Shown one piece after another: positions 18,768 to 28,840 of a DNA stretch of 64,000 nucleotides. The DNA lies in NCBI GenBank assembly GCA_036517375.1, contig DATDWM010000017.1:3208-67207 (forward strand), written 5' to 3'. Origin of the DNA: Minisyncoccota bacterium (GTDB lineage: Bacteria > Patescibacteriota > Minisyncoccia > Phycocordibacterales > UBA9973). Positions within the stretch are counted from its first letter, which is position 1; each line of letters opens with the position of its first letter. Under the pieces are notes generated by a model that was not told the origin of the DNA, searched no databases, and worked only from the letters and a program-made list of their open reading frames with translations. The translations under genes were made by a program, and so were the position numbers.

Positions 18768-19361
18768 ATGAAAAAAGACAAAACGGGCATGGAGCAAAAT
18801 ATTAAAAATAAGTGGTCTGGAGCTGACTTTATAAACCGGCTGGGTGAAGAAAGTTGGACATATATCAAAACAGTTGTGGACATAGTGCGAGAACCAATTT
18901 TGGTTCTCGATCAAGACCTGCGGATAATGGCTGCCAACGAACCTTTCTATCAAACTTTCCAAGTTGAGCAGAAAGATACAGAAAACAAAGTGGTATATGA
19001 ATTAGGAAATGGTCAATGGAACATCCCAGACTTACGGAAACTTTTAGAAAATATTTTACCGAAAAATACATTCTTTAAAGGTTTTGAGGTTACTCATGAC
19101 TTCCCTATTATTGGACGCAAGATAATGATATTGAACGCTCGTGAGATTCACTGTAAAGAAGACGCTGTCTTGGGTCCGTGTCCACCTATTATTCTTCTCG
19201 CAATAGAAGATGTTACGGAAATGATGGACGTTACTGAAATGCTTACTCGCCATACGAATCAATTTGAGACGACAATGGCAAAACGGACAGAAAAATTAGA
19301 AATACATATCAAAAAATTACAAGAAGAAATAAAACTACTTATTGATAGAGTTAAAATTTAG
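18768..19361 (+). CDS. PAS-domain protein
   Basis: VREPILVLD..LRIMAAN..FYQTF..ELGNGQWNIPDL..LNAR..LLAIED, CheR/CheB-associated PAS type. Confidence 0.82.
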   Translation: MKKDKTGMEQNIKNKWSGADFINRLGEESWTYIKTVVDIVREPILVLDQDLRIMAANEPFYQTFQVEQKDTENKVVYELGNGQWNIPDLRKLLENILPKNTFFKGFEVTHDFPIIGRKIMILNAREIHCKEDAVLGPCPPIILLAIEDVTEMMDVTEMLTRHTNQFETTMAKRTEKLEIHIKKLQEEIKLLIDRVKI

Positions 19362-19377
19362 TTTTTATTGATATCAT

Positions 19378-19470
19378 CTGCTCCGAACTTGGGATGATGT
19401 TTGAATGATAATTCAACGACAAAATAAATATATCTACATACCTGATTTGAGAGATGCACACTATATATAA
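19378..19470 (+). repeat. att-like site 1 / recombinase C-terminal tail remnant
   Basis: ctgctccgaacttgggatgatgtttga shares tgctccg with the recombinase/tRNA junction (33863-69); reads LLRTWDDV*. Confidence 0.65.
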
Positions 19471-20039
19471 AAAAATACGCTTTTAAGAAAACTATAAGCA
19501 TATACTGCGAGATATGCGAGGGAGATGTTAAATACAAAATTGCCCAACCCCAAAGGAATCATTACCCTCCAAAACGAATAGCGTGCTAAGCCCATTGAAA
19601 TAACAATAAAATCGTTTGAGAAAGGAACGAGTGAGCCGTAGATGAAAAAGGCAATCGGCAGTACTCTCGGACGAGCTAGACAAAAAGCGCAAAACTTTTT
19701 GAGGGTTTTTTGTATTCCCTGCGGAATTATAGCTCCGCCGCTATACCCAAGGTAATAAGAAGTTGAGTCGCCCACTATCACGCCGCTTGCAGCAGAAATA
19801 CCAACTAAAAGAGGATTCAGTCCGCCACTTGCCAACATTACAAGAACCACGTGATATGGTACGCCGCTAAAAGTTGACAAACCGCCAAGCAGGGCAAGGA
19901 CGAACATAAGTACATAGGCATTTTCTATCCCGATAATACGAATTATTTCTTCGGGTGAAGAATAATAGAAAAAAACCGTGGCTCCAATAAAAAGTAATAA
20001 CGGAGTTAAGCGTAAAATATACCAAGAGTTTATTTTCAT
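19461..20039 (-). CDS. DedA/VTT (SNARE-associated)-like membrane protein
   Basis: Multi-TM protein with GVIVGDSTSYYLG and PFSND motifs. Confidence 0.75.
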   Translation of the reverse strand: MKINSWYILRLTPLLLFIGATVFFYYSSPEEIIRIIGIENAYVLMFVLALLGGLSTFSGVPYHVVLVMLASGGLNPLLVGISAASGVIVGDSTSYYLGYSGGAIIPQGIQKTLKKFCAFCLARPRVLPIAFFIYGSLVPFSNDFIVISMGLARYSFWRVMIPLGLGNFVFNISLAYLAVYAYSFLKSVFFYI

Positions 20040-20389
20040 AAAGAGGGTTGAGGATGAGGTGGCACAACAATGCGTATAACCCTCGCCTCAACAAGACCTT
20101 CTTGATTGGTCGGTCCGACCACAATGACGAAATCGCCTACTTTTAATGGTTCCGTCCAGGTTCTTCTGCCCTTTCTTATGTCGGTATCTTGATTGGTCAA
20201 TATAAGCACTTCGGAACCCTCGTTGGTTTTTATCACGAAATTACCTTCCTTAACTTCAACAGCCTCGCCAAAATACTGCACTCGTGTCCAGTGAAAATAA
20301 GCTCGCATACCGCCAAGCGCTACAAAAATAGCAAATATGAATATGCTAATCAATAAATAAATTGTTTTTCGGGAGATTTTACGATTCAT
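20036..20389 (-). CDS. Hypothetical membrane-anchored protein (DUF5666-like OB fold)
   Basis: N-terminal TM; LKVGDFVIVVG...VEARVIRI. Confidence 0.6.
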   Translation of the reverse strand: MNRKISRKTIYLLISIFIFAIFVALGGMRAYFHWTRVQYFGEAVEVKEGNFVIKTNEGSEVLILTNQDTDIRKGRRTWTEPLKVGDFVIVVGPTNQEGLVEARVIRIVVPPHPQPSL

Positions 20390-20487
20390 ATTTATATTGT
20401 ACTACTTTCTAACCCACGCCGCTATTTAAAAGTTCTAACCCCACGATAGGTATAAAAAATAACCATTATAAAATATGATTTAAAATT

Positions 20488-20538
20488 TGGCTCCGAACGT
20501 GGGAGGATGTTCGCAAGGCTATTATACAGGAAAATTAG
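20488..20538 (+). repeat. att-like site 2 / intact alternative recombinase C-terminal tail
   Basis: tggctccgaacgtgggaggatgttcgcaaggctattatacaggaaaattag = WLRTWEDVRKAIIQEN*; its reverse complement ends in CGGAGCCA, the tRNA-Asn 3' end plus CCA. Confidence 0.72.
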
Positions 20539-20566
20539 GCTTAATTCCGTTATCCTGTATGGATTT

Positions 20567-20893
20567 TCACCCAAATACCAATACTTTATCCGAACTCTCC
20601 ACCATTTTGAGCAAGTCGGACATCGTGGAAACGGGGCAAACTTTGCTTTCTTCCTTTCCACGAACTTTAAGACAACTACCACAAGCATAAATCTCGCCTT
20701 TTAATTCTTTGAATTCCGACACCTTTTTTGAAATATCAAAATCTTTTGTATCGGGAATGATATCCAATTCTGAACCTTCGCTCATTAAAAAGATTTCTAC
20801 TTGATGTCCAGCTTTAAGCGAAGTAATTCCAAGGCGGAATGTATTCCATATATGTTCGGGTTTATTTGATTGTAAAATCATTCCTAGTTTCAT
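20567..20893 (-). CDS. DsrE family protein
   Basis: VEIFLMSEG, YACGSCLKVR, CPVSTMSDL..DKVLVF. Confidence 0.85.
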   Translation of the reverse strand: MKLGMILQSNKPEHIWNTFRLGITSLKAGHQVEIFLMSEGSELDIIPDTKDFDISKKVSEFKELKGEIYACGSCLKVRGKEESKVCPVSTMSDLLKMVESSDKVLVFG

Positions 20894-20899
20894 AGTAGC

Positions 20900-21142
20900 T
20901 TAACTTAAATCTTTCTTCTTTTCTTCAAACTCTTTCTTATCAATTTCGCCTTTAGCATATCTTTCCTTTAAAATATCCAGAGCCTTTTTACTACTGTCCA
21001 TCCCGTTTGCCTTGCTATTACGGACAAGCCAAACAATAAAATAAATAACCGCTACCCAAAATAAAAGCATCATAATTCCACCTCCGAACCAGCCCATCAT
21101 ATTACCCCAACTCCCAAAACCATCATATATTCCATACATCAT
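20900..21142 (-). CDS. SHOCT-domain membrane protein
   Basis: Gly/Met-rich N-terminus, [25 protein letters not shown]. Confidence 0.88.
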   Translation of the reverse strand: MMYGIYDGFGSWGNMMGWFGGGIMMLLFWVAVIYFIVWLVRNSKANGMDSSKKALDILKERYAKGEIDKKEFEEKKKDLS

Positions 21143-21202
21143 AGTTTTTATAGTTAATATTAATAATTTTTATTTCTATAACATTTTATCATAAGAAGTC
21201 AC

Positions 21203-21252
21203 TGGCTCAAACTTGAAATGATATTCGTAAGGTAATAATTAATAATCCATAA
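21203..21252 (+). repeat. att-like site 3 (degenerate)
   Basis: tggctc-aaacttgaaatgatattcgtaaggtaataatt aligns with site 2 with one deletion; tail reads ..NDIRKVIINNP*. Confidence 0.6.
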
Positions 21253-21918
21253 CTATTTTTCGTCAATAACTCCAATTGATTGCTCATACAGTTTTTCTGT
21301 CTGTGAAAACATCCAGTTGATAAATTTTAGTACTTTTGGATGAAACTCGCAAAGGTTGAAATTGAAGTTAGACAGCAATAGAATCAAGTGACTCCCAACC
21401 CAACTCGTAGAACCTCCTTCTAGGCTTAGAAGTACTTCTTTGTGCAAGCTTTCATCCTCTCCACGTGGGTAATCAACAGACCGATGAGATGCCCATTTGT
21501 TAGAAAGGACATTTACCATTCCTTCTTTATCCACAACTGAATCCCATATCTCTTTTAACTCTAAATCTTTTGGAGGATTTAATTTTAAGGATTTAATAAA
21601 AAAACTAGCACGCCTTAATTGACAAAGGTATGCTTGTACCTCGAACTTTATATTTGCTTGTGATTTTTTAATTTCTGCCCATTCTTCATCTGTATGAAAT
21701 CTGTTTACATATAATGATGGAACTCCTTTTTCTTCTAATTTCCTAAAATTGGCAAAATGATATTCTAAAGCCTCAGGTAGAACTCTTTGAAAAGTTAAGA
21801 TTTGAAAGTTTTTTAAGCCTTGCCATTTTTTCTTATCAGCAATATTTTTCTCACGCGATTGTACTGGAACAAAAGTACTTATAAGAATTCTTTTAGAAGA
21901 GTTGTTATTTTTTGACAT
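21253..21918 (-). CDS. Hypothetical protein downstream of the Avs-like pair
   Basis: 221-aa ORF, co-oriented; SNKWASH weakly resembles a HEPN motif. Confidence 0.6.
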   Translation of the reverse strand: MSKNNNSSKRILISTFVPVQSREKNIADKKKWQGLKNFQILTFQRVLPEALEYHFANFRKLEEKGVPSLYVNRFHTDEEWAEIKKSQANIKFEVQAYLCQLRRASFFIKSLKLNPPKDLELKEIWDSVVDKEGMVNVLSNKWASHRSVDYPRGEDESLHKEVLLSLEGGSTSWVGSHLILLLSNFNFNLCEFHPKVLKFINWMFSQTEKLYEQSIGVIDEK

Positions 21919-21956
21919 ATAGATTTGAGTTTATTTTTTGATTCATAATATTTAGA

Positions 21957-23474
21957 CTATCTGGGGATTTTAGACACTTCAAAAATAAAACGTTTACGTC
22001 TTGTGTCTTCAGGCTTATACTCCCACCCTGTGCCATATCTATCTATTTTACTTTTATCTAGGTCTCCACAGGTTATAAGTCTTAATTTATTTTTTCTTAA
22101 AAATGTTTTAAGATACTTACCTTTAATAACTAAAACACTACCGTGGTCTGCCAAATGATGTTTATCCTCTCCATAGTTACTAACACTTGATACAAAGCCA
22201 TTTTGCCAATTTATAGTTTTAATCACTAATTCATTTTTACTAGTATAGTATTCCAGTGTCCCTTTGCGTTGTTTTAATTTAAGCTGTTCAACTATTTCTG
22301 GTGCAGGAAAGACAGGATTAAAAATATCGCCAAAATTTGTTTCTGAAATTATTCCGTAAGCAGGAAACAACTTACCATTTAGTTCTGTTCTATTGTGGTC
22401 AGAAACAAATAATTTCTTACTTTTATAAGCAAATATTGGAACTTCATCAATTAAACAGTTGTTACAACTATAAGAAGGCGGGAAAACTTCTTTTTTATCA
22501 TTTATTTTATTTAAATTTTCTGTCGTAAAACCGCTAAAAGTCTTACGGGAGAGCAATTTATCTTCAAAACGAATGCGTGTGTCCTCATATAACACAACCC
22601 ACGGCTGGTTTAAACCTGTTAGATTATAGATGTTCTTCCTCTTTAATTTGTCTTTCAACCAAAATTCTGTTTTTACCTTAATATTCTCGAATTTTATAAA
22701 ATCTGGTCTATCGGTAATCAAGTCCTCAACCCACACTGGTTCATAATTATAATTCTCCTGTAAAAACTCCCTCCAGCGAGATTCTTCGACTGGTAAGTTT
22801 TTTATACACCACATTAGAAAAGTTTGTATCCCGTGATAGGCACAATAATGCAATTTAGTTTTATAGGACTCATTTCTGGAGTAACCCCGATTCCACCTAG
22901 TAGGTACATCTTCCCAGTATTTTTTACCCTTTCGATAACCAAGCACCTTCATATTCTGCAACAATTTCTTGTAACCTTTTTTGCCCGCATATTTAAATGT
23001 ATTGCATATGTTATCAAGCTTATATTTGTAGTCACCCCCTCCTAGGGTGTACTCTACGAAATGTTCAGAACTATATCGATACCAATCTTGCTGGGTATCG
23101 GGAGTAAACTGTGTGGGGGTAACTAATTTAAGAGACTCCGCAAATATATTCTTAGCAGAAGATTTAAAATTACTTAGATTTTCCAAGATATTTTTTGATA
23201 AATAAGCAATCTTGAAATGGTTACAGCGTTTTGCAGTTTTTAAGATACTTTCTTTGATGGAAAGTATTCTTTCGGGAGCCTTGTAGCTAAGACGAAATAA
23301 AACTTTTAGAGAGTTCTCGACTATATCTAGGTTCTCAGAAAGTAGATTTTTCCTTAGTTCATTAATGGTTTTTTCATTAATTAGAGCATTTTCATATAGT
23401 GCTTTTTCTGCACTACCTCTCCATTTAAAAGGGGCAACACCGAGATATTTAGATATAAATTGTAAGGATTTCAT
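21957..23474 (-). CDS. Protein resembling the C-terminal region of Avs-type STAND proteins
   Basis: Starts 4 nt after the STAND stop; WVVLYE..., W.NG and GSVLVIKGKYLKTFL..KLRLI pattern recalled from Avs C-termini. Confidence 0.6.
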   Translation of the reverse strand: MKSLQFISKYLGVAPFKWRGSAEKALYENALINEKTINELRKNLLSENLDIVENSLKVLFRLSYKAPERILSIKESILKTAKRCNHFKIAYLSKNILENLSNFKSSAKNIFAESLKLVTPTQFTPDTQQDWYRYSSEHFVEYTLGGGDYKYKLDNICNTFKYAGKKGYKKLLQNMKVLGYRKGKKYWEDVPTRWNRGYSRNESYKTKLHYCAYHGIQTFLMWCIKNLPVEESRWREFLQENYNYEPVWVEDLITDRPDFIKFENIKVKTEFWLKDKLKRKNIYNLTGLNQPWVVLYEDTRIRFEDKLLSRKTFSGFTTENLNKINDKKEVFPPSYSCNNCLIDEVPIFAYKSKKLFVSDHNRTELNGKLFPAYGIISETNFGDIFNPVFPAPEIVEQLKLKQRKGTLEYYTSKNELVIKTINWQNGFVSSVSNYGEDKHHLADHGSVLVIKGKYLKTFLRKNKLRLITCGDLDKSKIDRYGTGWEYKPEDTRRKRFIFEVSKIPR

Positions 23475-23478
23475 AGTA

Positions 23479-26400
23479 TTATGCTTTTGTTAAAGATAAC
23501 CGCATAGATTCTTCGACCGTTTCTTTTAGAGGATGGAAAGCATACTTCTTCAATTCAGGAAAAAAAGAATCTATAACGTCTGAGGTTCTGACTAATAAAT
23601 AATTCAAATAATAACTACTTTCTGATGACTTATAAATAGAGAGACGGATAACTTTTTTTAGAAATTCCTTTTTATTTTCAAATTCCATTTGTGCTAGCTT
23701 ATTAACAAGCTCTGGAAGATTGTATGGATATTCTTGGTTGTTGCAAAAATCCAAAATGTCCCCCTTAATCTCCTTAAGGTAAGCTTTGTCCTTATTTTTT
23801 ACAGACAAATCAAGTAGTGAACATAGAATATTGTAGGTAAGAAATTCAACGTTATTTTCTTTACACCACAGTTTTACCTTGCTAATAATTTTAAGGTCAG
23901 AGTTTGAAACAATCTCTAGTATTAAACCATCAATTTTATATTTTTTATCTTCCTTAATAAAAGAATCTAGTAATCCAGTTATCTTTTTCATAGACCTGTT
24001 CCGTGCAAAAGATTTAGCCTGTTTAATGACTGCTAGCGGTATTAACTCTGAGTTAGGGGTAGTTGGTATCACTGAATATCCGTCAAGTTCTAATTGGGCG
24101 ATATACTTCTTTATATCCCCATACTCTCTTTTTAAATCATTCTTTTGTTTTATAAACGTTACTAATTCATTTAATAGGGTTAATCTTGCCCCAACATATA
24201 CATATCTACGCAAGTAAATACAATATCTACTTAAAAATAATCTGGCGTTAGGAATATCATTATTTTTTAGAGAGTGGTCAATCAAGGCGTAGTAAATAGC
24301 TTTGATATTTGGTTGTTCTCGGTCAGTCTCTTCATCAAATCTTACTAAACCTAGCAATGGCATTAGTTCTGGAGCAATAGTTTGATATTTATACCTATCA
24401 AGACTAGCCAGAATTACTTTTTTTAACCCCTCATTCAAATTAACTTCTCCTTTGTTTGTCAGTTCTATTAGATAATCAAGACCTAATTCATAATTTGAAT
24501 ATGCAACTGATTCTATAAAACCTAATTTATAATACCAGCTACCCTCAACAACACTACTGATTTTATCGATATATTTAAGAATGGTTTCAAAATCATCTTT
24601 TTTATTTTGAGTTCTAAGACAGTCAATTAAATTCAAAATTCTCAAATCCTCTTTTGCCCATAAGCCACGAGAATATTTAAGAGAATGCTTATAGATATTC
24701 TCTGCTGATTCTCTATAACCCTTACTATTTACTGTTCTTGCTAATTCCTTCAGACCATCACTTTTTGCAAAATTATCTTGCTTTTCTTTGGTTTTAAATT
24801 CAAGTATCTTTTTTTGGTATAACACTACCTTTGATACTAAGGCGGGGGTGATTGGCAACAGTTCATCGAAGGTGGTCTCTAATAAACTTTGATTTTTCTC
24901 TAAGATTGTATTTTTGAAAACCGATTCGACGACATCAACAAAAGATTCTAATTTTTTAGGAAAATACTTAGCTACAGTATTCAAACAAATCCCTACGAAT
25001 GAAGTTGCATTTTGATAGTAGACAAAAGCTGTTTTCTCAAAAGGAGATTCTCTTAGTTGTTTATACTCACTAACTTGTGAAATTTCCTTTTTAAATACAC
25101 TAAGACTTTCCATAATAAAATGGTTTAATCTTTTCCAGTCCATTTTTTTATTTTTTACAAAAAGAATATTACGGTAAAGCAATATGTAGGTTGAAACTAT
25201 GTTAGCGAAAGCATCATTCTCATAGTCCTTAAAATGTTCTTTATGATATTTTTTCTGGGCATCAATGAGAAATTCCTTCGGATTAAAATTTTTAGTAACA
25301 ATACTTAACAAAGCGGTTCTTCGGAGGAATAACCCCTTGCCGTTTATTCCCCAGTTAGAATACATATCTCTGTGATAAGGTGGCTCAAAGTCAACTCCAG
25401 AAATTAATTTAGATATGGAAGATTTTGATTCGCTTGTGTTTAACAAATATGAGACTTCGGCTATATCTAGTTTCTGATTTATATATCGGTCGTTGATTAA
25501 ATATTTGAATAACTGATACTGTTTAATAAGAGTTTTGAGTTTCTTTTTGGCAGTAGTATCTTTTTTCTCTATATAAAGATACGCATAGGTTATGAGCTGT
25601 ATTGCCTTGGATTGCCTATTTATAAAATGTAACACTGCCTTTTTTTCTTTTGGGTATTGAACTCTATTCAACTTTATTAACATACTAGCTCGGAATCCCA
25701 CTGTATAAGGTTTAGGCTCTTTAAAACGAATATTTTCAATATATCTTACAGCTCCATCGTATCTACCTAAGTTAATACAAGCTTCTAAATACTCTACGAT
25801 ATTATCCCAGTACATATCCGTATTACCATTTTCCATCATTTTTCTATCCCAAAGAATATCTTTATTAAAAGAAATACGAGCTAATCCATCTTCTAAAAAT
25901 CGAAGGGCTAAATTTTTAGAAGGACTGTCTTCTCTGGTATATAAAAAATTACCCAATCTAATTCGCTTCATTACCCATTCTCTTAAATTGTACAGAGATT
26001 GGTTTTGTAATACATCAAGTTCAGCCTCAACTTCTTTAAGAAGGTTCGGTGTACCGATACTGCTTTTCAGAAAAGTATCGTCATCGGACATCCGAGCAGG
26101 ACTTAAATTACTAATCTTAACTGAATATTTAATAAAATTCTCTAAATCATTTTTTGCATCAAAGTATTTTGTAAAATAATGTAAAGATTCAATTTTTGAA
26201 CCATAATCTAGTTTAGAATCAAAAATTGTTTGAATGAAATTATTTTGAATTAACTTCTTTGTAATTTGCTTAGTAAACGGGTCAGAACTGCCAATTACCC
26301 GCAAATGATTAGTTAAGTATTTTTTCGGATAGGCTAATTTGAGATTACCTTTAGTTGAATAGAATCTTATTATTTTTCGGTTATATTCTTTCTGAACACT

Positions 26401-28215
26401 TGTTAGTTTATTACGAATGAATCTTCTAAAACTATCGTGGTATGGTTCGATATATCCTCCACGCAAGTTCACGAAGGGACTTATTTTTTCGTTAAGGTCA
26501 TTAAAATTCTCTAACTTAATTTTCGCTACCTTATAGAGTGTGTCTCTTTGGATTTCAGCAAAATGAAAACTTAGACAACCAAGACAGTGTTTCTGTCTTG
26601 TGTTCAGGCTGTCCCAGATGGGTTTATACCAATCGAAGACTTCTTTATAATCTTCTTTGCTGTCTATAATGCTGTCATAGTCTTTTCTTGAAATCTTTTT
26701 TAACTTTTGTGTTAAATAAAAAATAGAAATAGCCAACCCTTTCGTTTTTTTAGATATTTTTCTTAATTGGTCAATAGTTAGATTAATTTCCGCATTTTTA
26801 AAATATTCTTTTATTTCATTCTCGCTAAATGACAAACTAATAGAAATCTTTCTAGAAGTTTTGTCTGGAAGGTTTTTTATCTGTTGCGGAAGATATTCTT
26901 TTGTCCAAGTACTTAACAAAAAGACTACGCCAGCATATTGAATTGAAGGTATGGCATTTAGGATAGACTTATCTTTGTAGTTGTCAGTTTCTACTTGGTC
27001 TAAAGCGTCTACAATTATTACAATTTTTTTATCCTTACGTTTTAATGCTGATTCGCTTACTTGATTTAATGTTTTCTCAAACATTTTATTTATAAATTCT
27101 TCATTATCCTTAAGGCTGACAGTTTCTTTTGTAAGTCCCAAGTCAAAAAAGCGTTGAATCAGGTCAACCTTAAACCACATACTACTTAAACGTTCTTTCT
27201 CATAATTTAAATTCGAGTCAATTTTCTCAAAAGGTCTAATACGACAAAGGTAGGGTAAAAAATCAGCGTTGGTTTGTGTAAGCTTTGAGAGTAAGACTGT
27301 TTTCCCCGAACCAGAGGGGGCAAAAAGGAAAACGAAACCACCTTTCTTTTTTTGTTTATTTACAGCTTTAAGTATCTCAACTTCAACCGCTTTTCTTTGA
27401 ATGTAATTTTTAGGAGTATTTATCTCGTGAACTAAACTCGTTTTAATAATTTCAATCAATCCAAGTACATCCGCCTTTCTAATGATAGTTTCTTTTTGAG
27501 TAAATTTTTTAAAGGTTCTACTTATAAAAGCATCAACTCTATCATTATCAGAAATGCCAAGAAGCCCTAATTCTTTTTTGAGTTTGGATTCTATGCCGTC
27601 ATTGTCTGTGGAAATTTGAAATTCAAAAGATTTTATAAAAGCTTCTAGTTCGCCACGCTTTAGACGAGTTTTAGTGAAATTAGATTTAATGTTTAAAAGT
27701 TCCGTTTTATATTTATCACTAAATTTACTCCAAGTTATCTTTTTCTGATTCAACTTTTTTATATCACTAAGAAACTTCTTCAAGTCTGACCCAAGTGGTT
27801 TGTTGCTAGCAAGAATTAACTTAACTTTATTCTTTTGTCCTTTATGAAATCTCCAAGCTTTAAGGAATTTAAAAATTACAGTTCCTTCGTACTTAGAATT
27901 TTTCTTAGCACTTTTTTTCTTGGCAGTTTCCTTGGATTCCCATAGACCACTATAAGTCCAACTACTGCTTACTACATCAGTGTACTTAAGTTGAATGACT
28001 TCAATGGACTTATCTTCAAAAAATCGGGTTATGTCCTCTATACGTCTTTTTGCTCCTCCTTTCCTGTCTGGTTTGATTTCGACATAAGAAAGCTTACTAT
28101 CGGTCTTTATTAATTTTGTAAACTCTAGAGCAGAAAAAACCTTTTCGAAGTACTGAGAAGTATCTTCGTTTCGATTTAGTATATGACTTTTGGATGTCTT
28201 CTTTTTTCCTTTCAT
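23479..28215 (-). CDS. Avs3a-like antiviral STAND NTPase with N-terminal PD-(D/E)xK (Cap4-like) nuclease
   Basis: IEDI...IQLKY...WTYSGL nuclease motif, Walker A APSGSGKT, Walker B IIVDALDQ, YHDSFRRF, long helical C-terminus. Confidence 0.8.
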   Translation of the reverse strand: MKGKKKTSKSHILNRNEDTSQYFEKVFSALEFTKLIKTDSKLSYVEIKPDRKGGAKRRIEDITRFFEDKSIEVIQLKYTDVVSSSWTYSGLWESKETAKKKSAKKNSKYEGTVIFKFLKAWRFHKGQKNKVKLILASNKPLGSDLKKFLSDIKKLNQKKITWSKFSDKYKTELLNIKSNFTKTRLKRGELEAFIKSFEFQISTDNDGIESKLKKELGLLGISDNDRVDAFISRTFKKFTQKETIIRKADVLGLIEIIKTSLVHEINTPKNYIQRKAVEVEILKAVNKQKKKGGFVFLFAPSGSGKTVLLSKLTQTNADFLPYLCRIRPFEKIDSNLNYEKERLSSMWFKVDLIQRFFDLGLTKETVSLKDNEEFINKMFEKTLNQVSESALKRKDKKIVIIVDALDQVETDNYKDKSILNAIPSIQYAGVVFLLSTWTKEYLPQQIKNLPDKTSRKISISLSFSENEIKEYFKNAEINLTIDQLRKISKKTKGLAISIFYLTQKLKKISRKDYDSIIDSKEDYKEVFDWYKPIWDSLNTRQKHCLGCLSFHFAEIQRDTLYKVAKIKLENFNDLNEKISPFVNLRGGYIEPYHDSFRRFIRNKLTSVQKEYNRKIIRFYSTKGNLKLAYPKKYLTNHLRVIGSSDPFTKQITKKLIQNNFIQTIFDSKLDYGSKIESLHYFTKYFDAKNDLENFIKYSVKISNLSPARMSDDDTFLKSSIGTPNLLKEVEAELDVLQNQSLYNLREWVMKRIRLGNFLYTREDSPSKNLALRFLEDGLARISFNKDILWDRKMMENGNTDMYWDNIVEYLEACINLGRYDGAVRYIENIRFKEPKPYTVGFRASMLIKLNRVQYPKEKKAVLHFINRQSKAIQLITYAYLYIEKKDTTAKKKLKTLIKQYQLFKYLINDRYINQKLDIAEVSYLLNTSESKSSISKLISGVDFEPPYHRDMYSNWGINGKGLFLRRTALLSIVTKNFNPKEFLIDAQKKYHKEHFKDYENDAFANIVSTYILLYRNILFVKNKKMDWKRLNHFIMESLSVFKKEISQVSEYKQLRESPFEKTAFVYYQNATSFVGICLNTVAKYFPKKLESFVDVVESVFKNTILEKNQSLLETTFDELLPITPALVSKVVLYQKKILEFKTKEKQDNFAKSDGLKELARTVNSKGYRESAENIYKHSLKYSRGLWAKEDLRILNLIDCLRTQNKKDDFETILKYIDKISSVVEGSWYYKLGFIESVAYSNYELGLDYLIELTNKGEVNLNEGLKKVILASLDRYKYQTIAPELMPLLGLVRFDEETDREQPNIKAIYYALIDHSLKNNDIPNARLFLSRYCIYLRRYVYVGARLTLLNELVTFIKQKNDLKREYGDIKKYIAQLELDGYSVIPTTPNSELIPLAVIKQAKSFARNRSMKKITGLLDSFIKEDKKYKIDGLILEIVSNSDLKIISKVKLWCKENNVEFLTYNILCSLLDLSVKNKDKAYLKEIKGDILDFCNNQEYPYNLPELVNKLAQMEFENKKEFLKKVIRLSIYKSSESSYYLNYLLVRTSDVIDSFFPELKKYAFHPLKETVEESMRLSLTKA

Positions 28216-28396
28216 TTATAGGCACATATTAACATTTTGCCCAGAAAAGAACCAAAGATAAACATCTGGGCTTTAGAGTTTCCAACATTCATCCAGAATG
28301 CCTATTTAATGGGGTAAAATGCCCCCTTCCTCTTTGGTATGTGAGGTTTTGAACAATGGTATAATTAGAGTAGCTTTTGAAAAATAAGCTCATTAA

Positions 28397-28831
28397 ATGC
28401 CAGCAGGAAGACCAACAGAATACAGTGAAAACATACTCTCTAAATCAAGAGAGTATGTTGATTCTTGTGTGGATGAGCTAGAAGACCGACCAAAAACAGT
28501 TGGGACAAAATCCACTTCCTACGAGAGGGTTATCAAGGTTAATTTACCTACAATAGAAGGTCTGGCGAGCCATTTAGGGCTTGCTAGAAGCACTTTATAC
28601 GAGTGGAAGGACAAATACACTGAATTTTCGGACATCTTAGAGATACTTTTAGCACATCAGGCAACTGCTCTTATTAATAATGGTTTGTCAGGAGACTATA
28701 ATGCGACCATAGCTAAGCTTCTTCTAATGAAGCACGGCTATAAGGAAGATGCCCGAATATACGAGAGAATCACTGGGAACGAAATTATCTTCAAGGATAT
28801 GTCTGTGGTAGGAGTTAGTGAGTCCGATTAA
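28397..28831 (+). CDS. Phage terminase small subunit (P22 gp3-like DNA-packaging protein)
   Basis: AGRPTEY, PTIEGLASHLGLARSTLYEW HTH, GLSGDYNATIAKLLL. Confidence 0.85.
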   Translation: MPAGRPTEYSENILSKSREYVDSCVDELEDRPKTVGTKSTSYERVIKVNLPTIEGLASHLGLARSTLYEWKDKYTEFSDILEILLAHQATALINNGLSGDYNATIAKLLLMKHGYKEDARIYERITGNEIIFKDMSVVGVSESD

Positions 28832-28840
28832 AGAAAGTAT

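Noticed and set aside
19378-21252. Repeated sites as a CRISPR array or classical attC integron
   Set aside because: Spacing is 0.7-1.1 kb with genes between sites, the repeats are divergent, and there are no cas genes, tyrosine integron integrase or attC-type palindromes.
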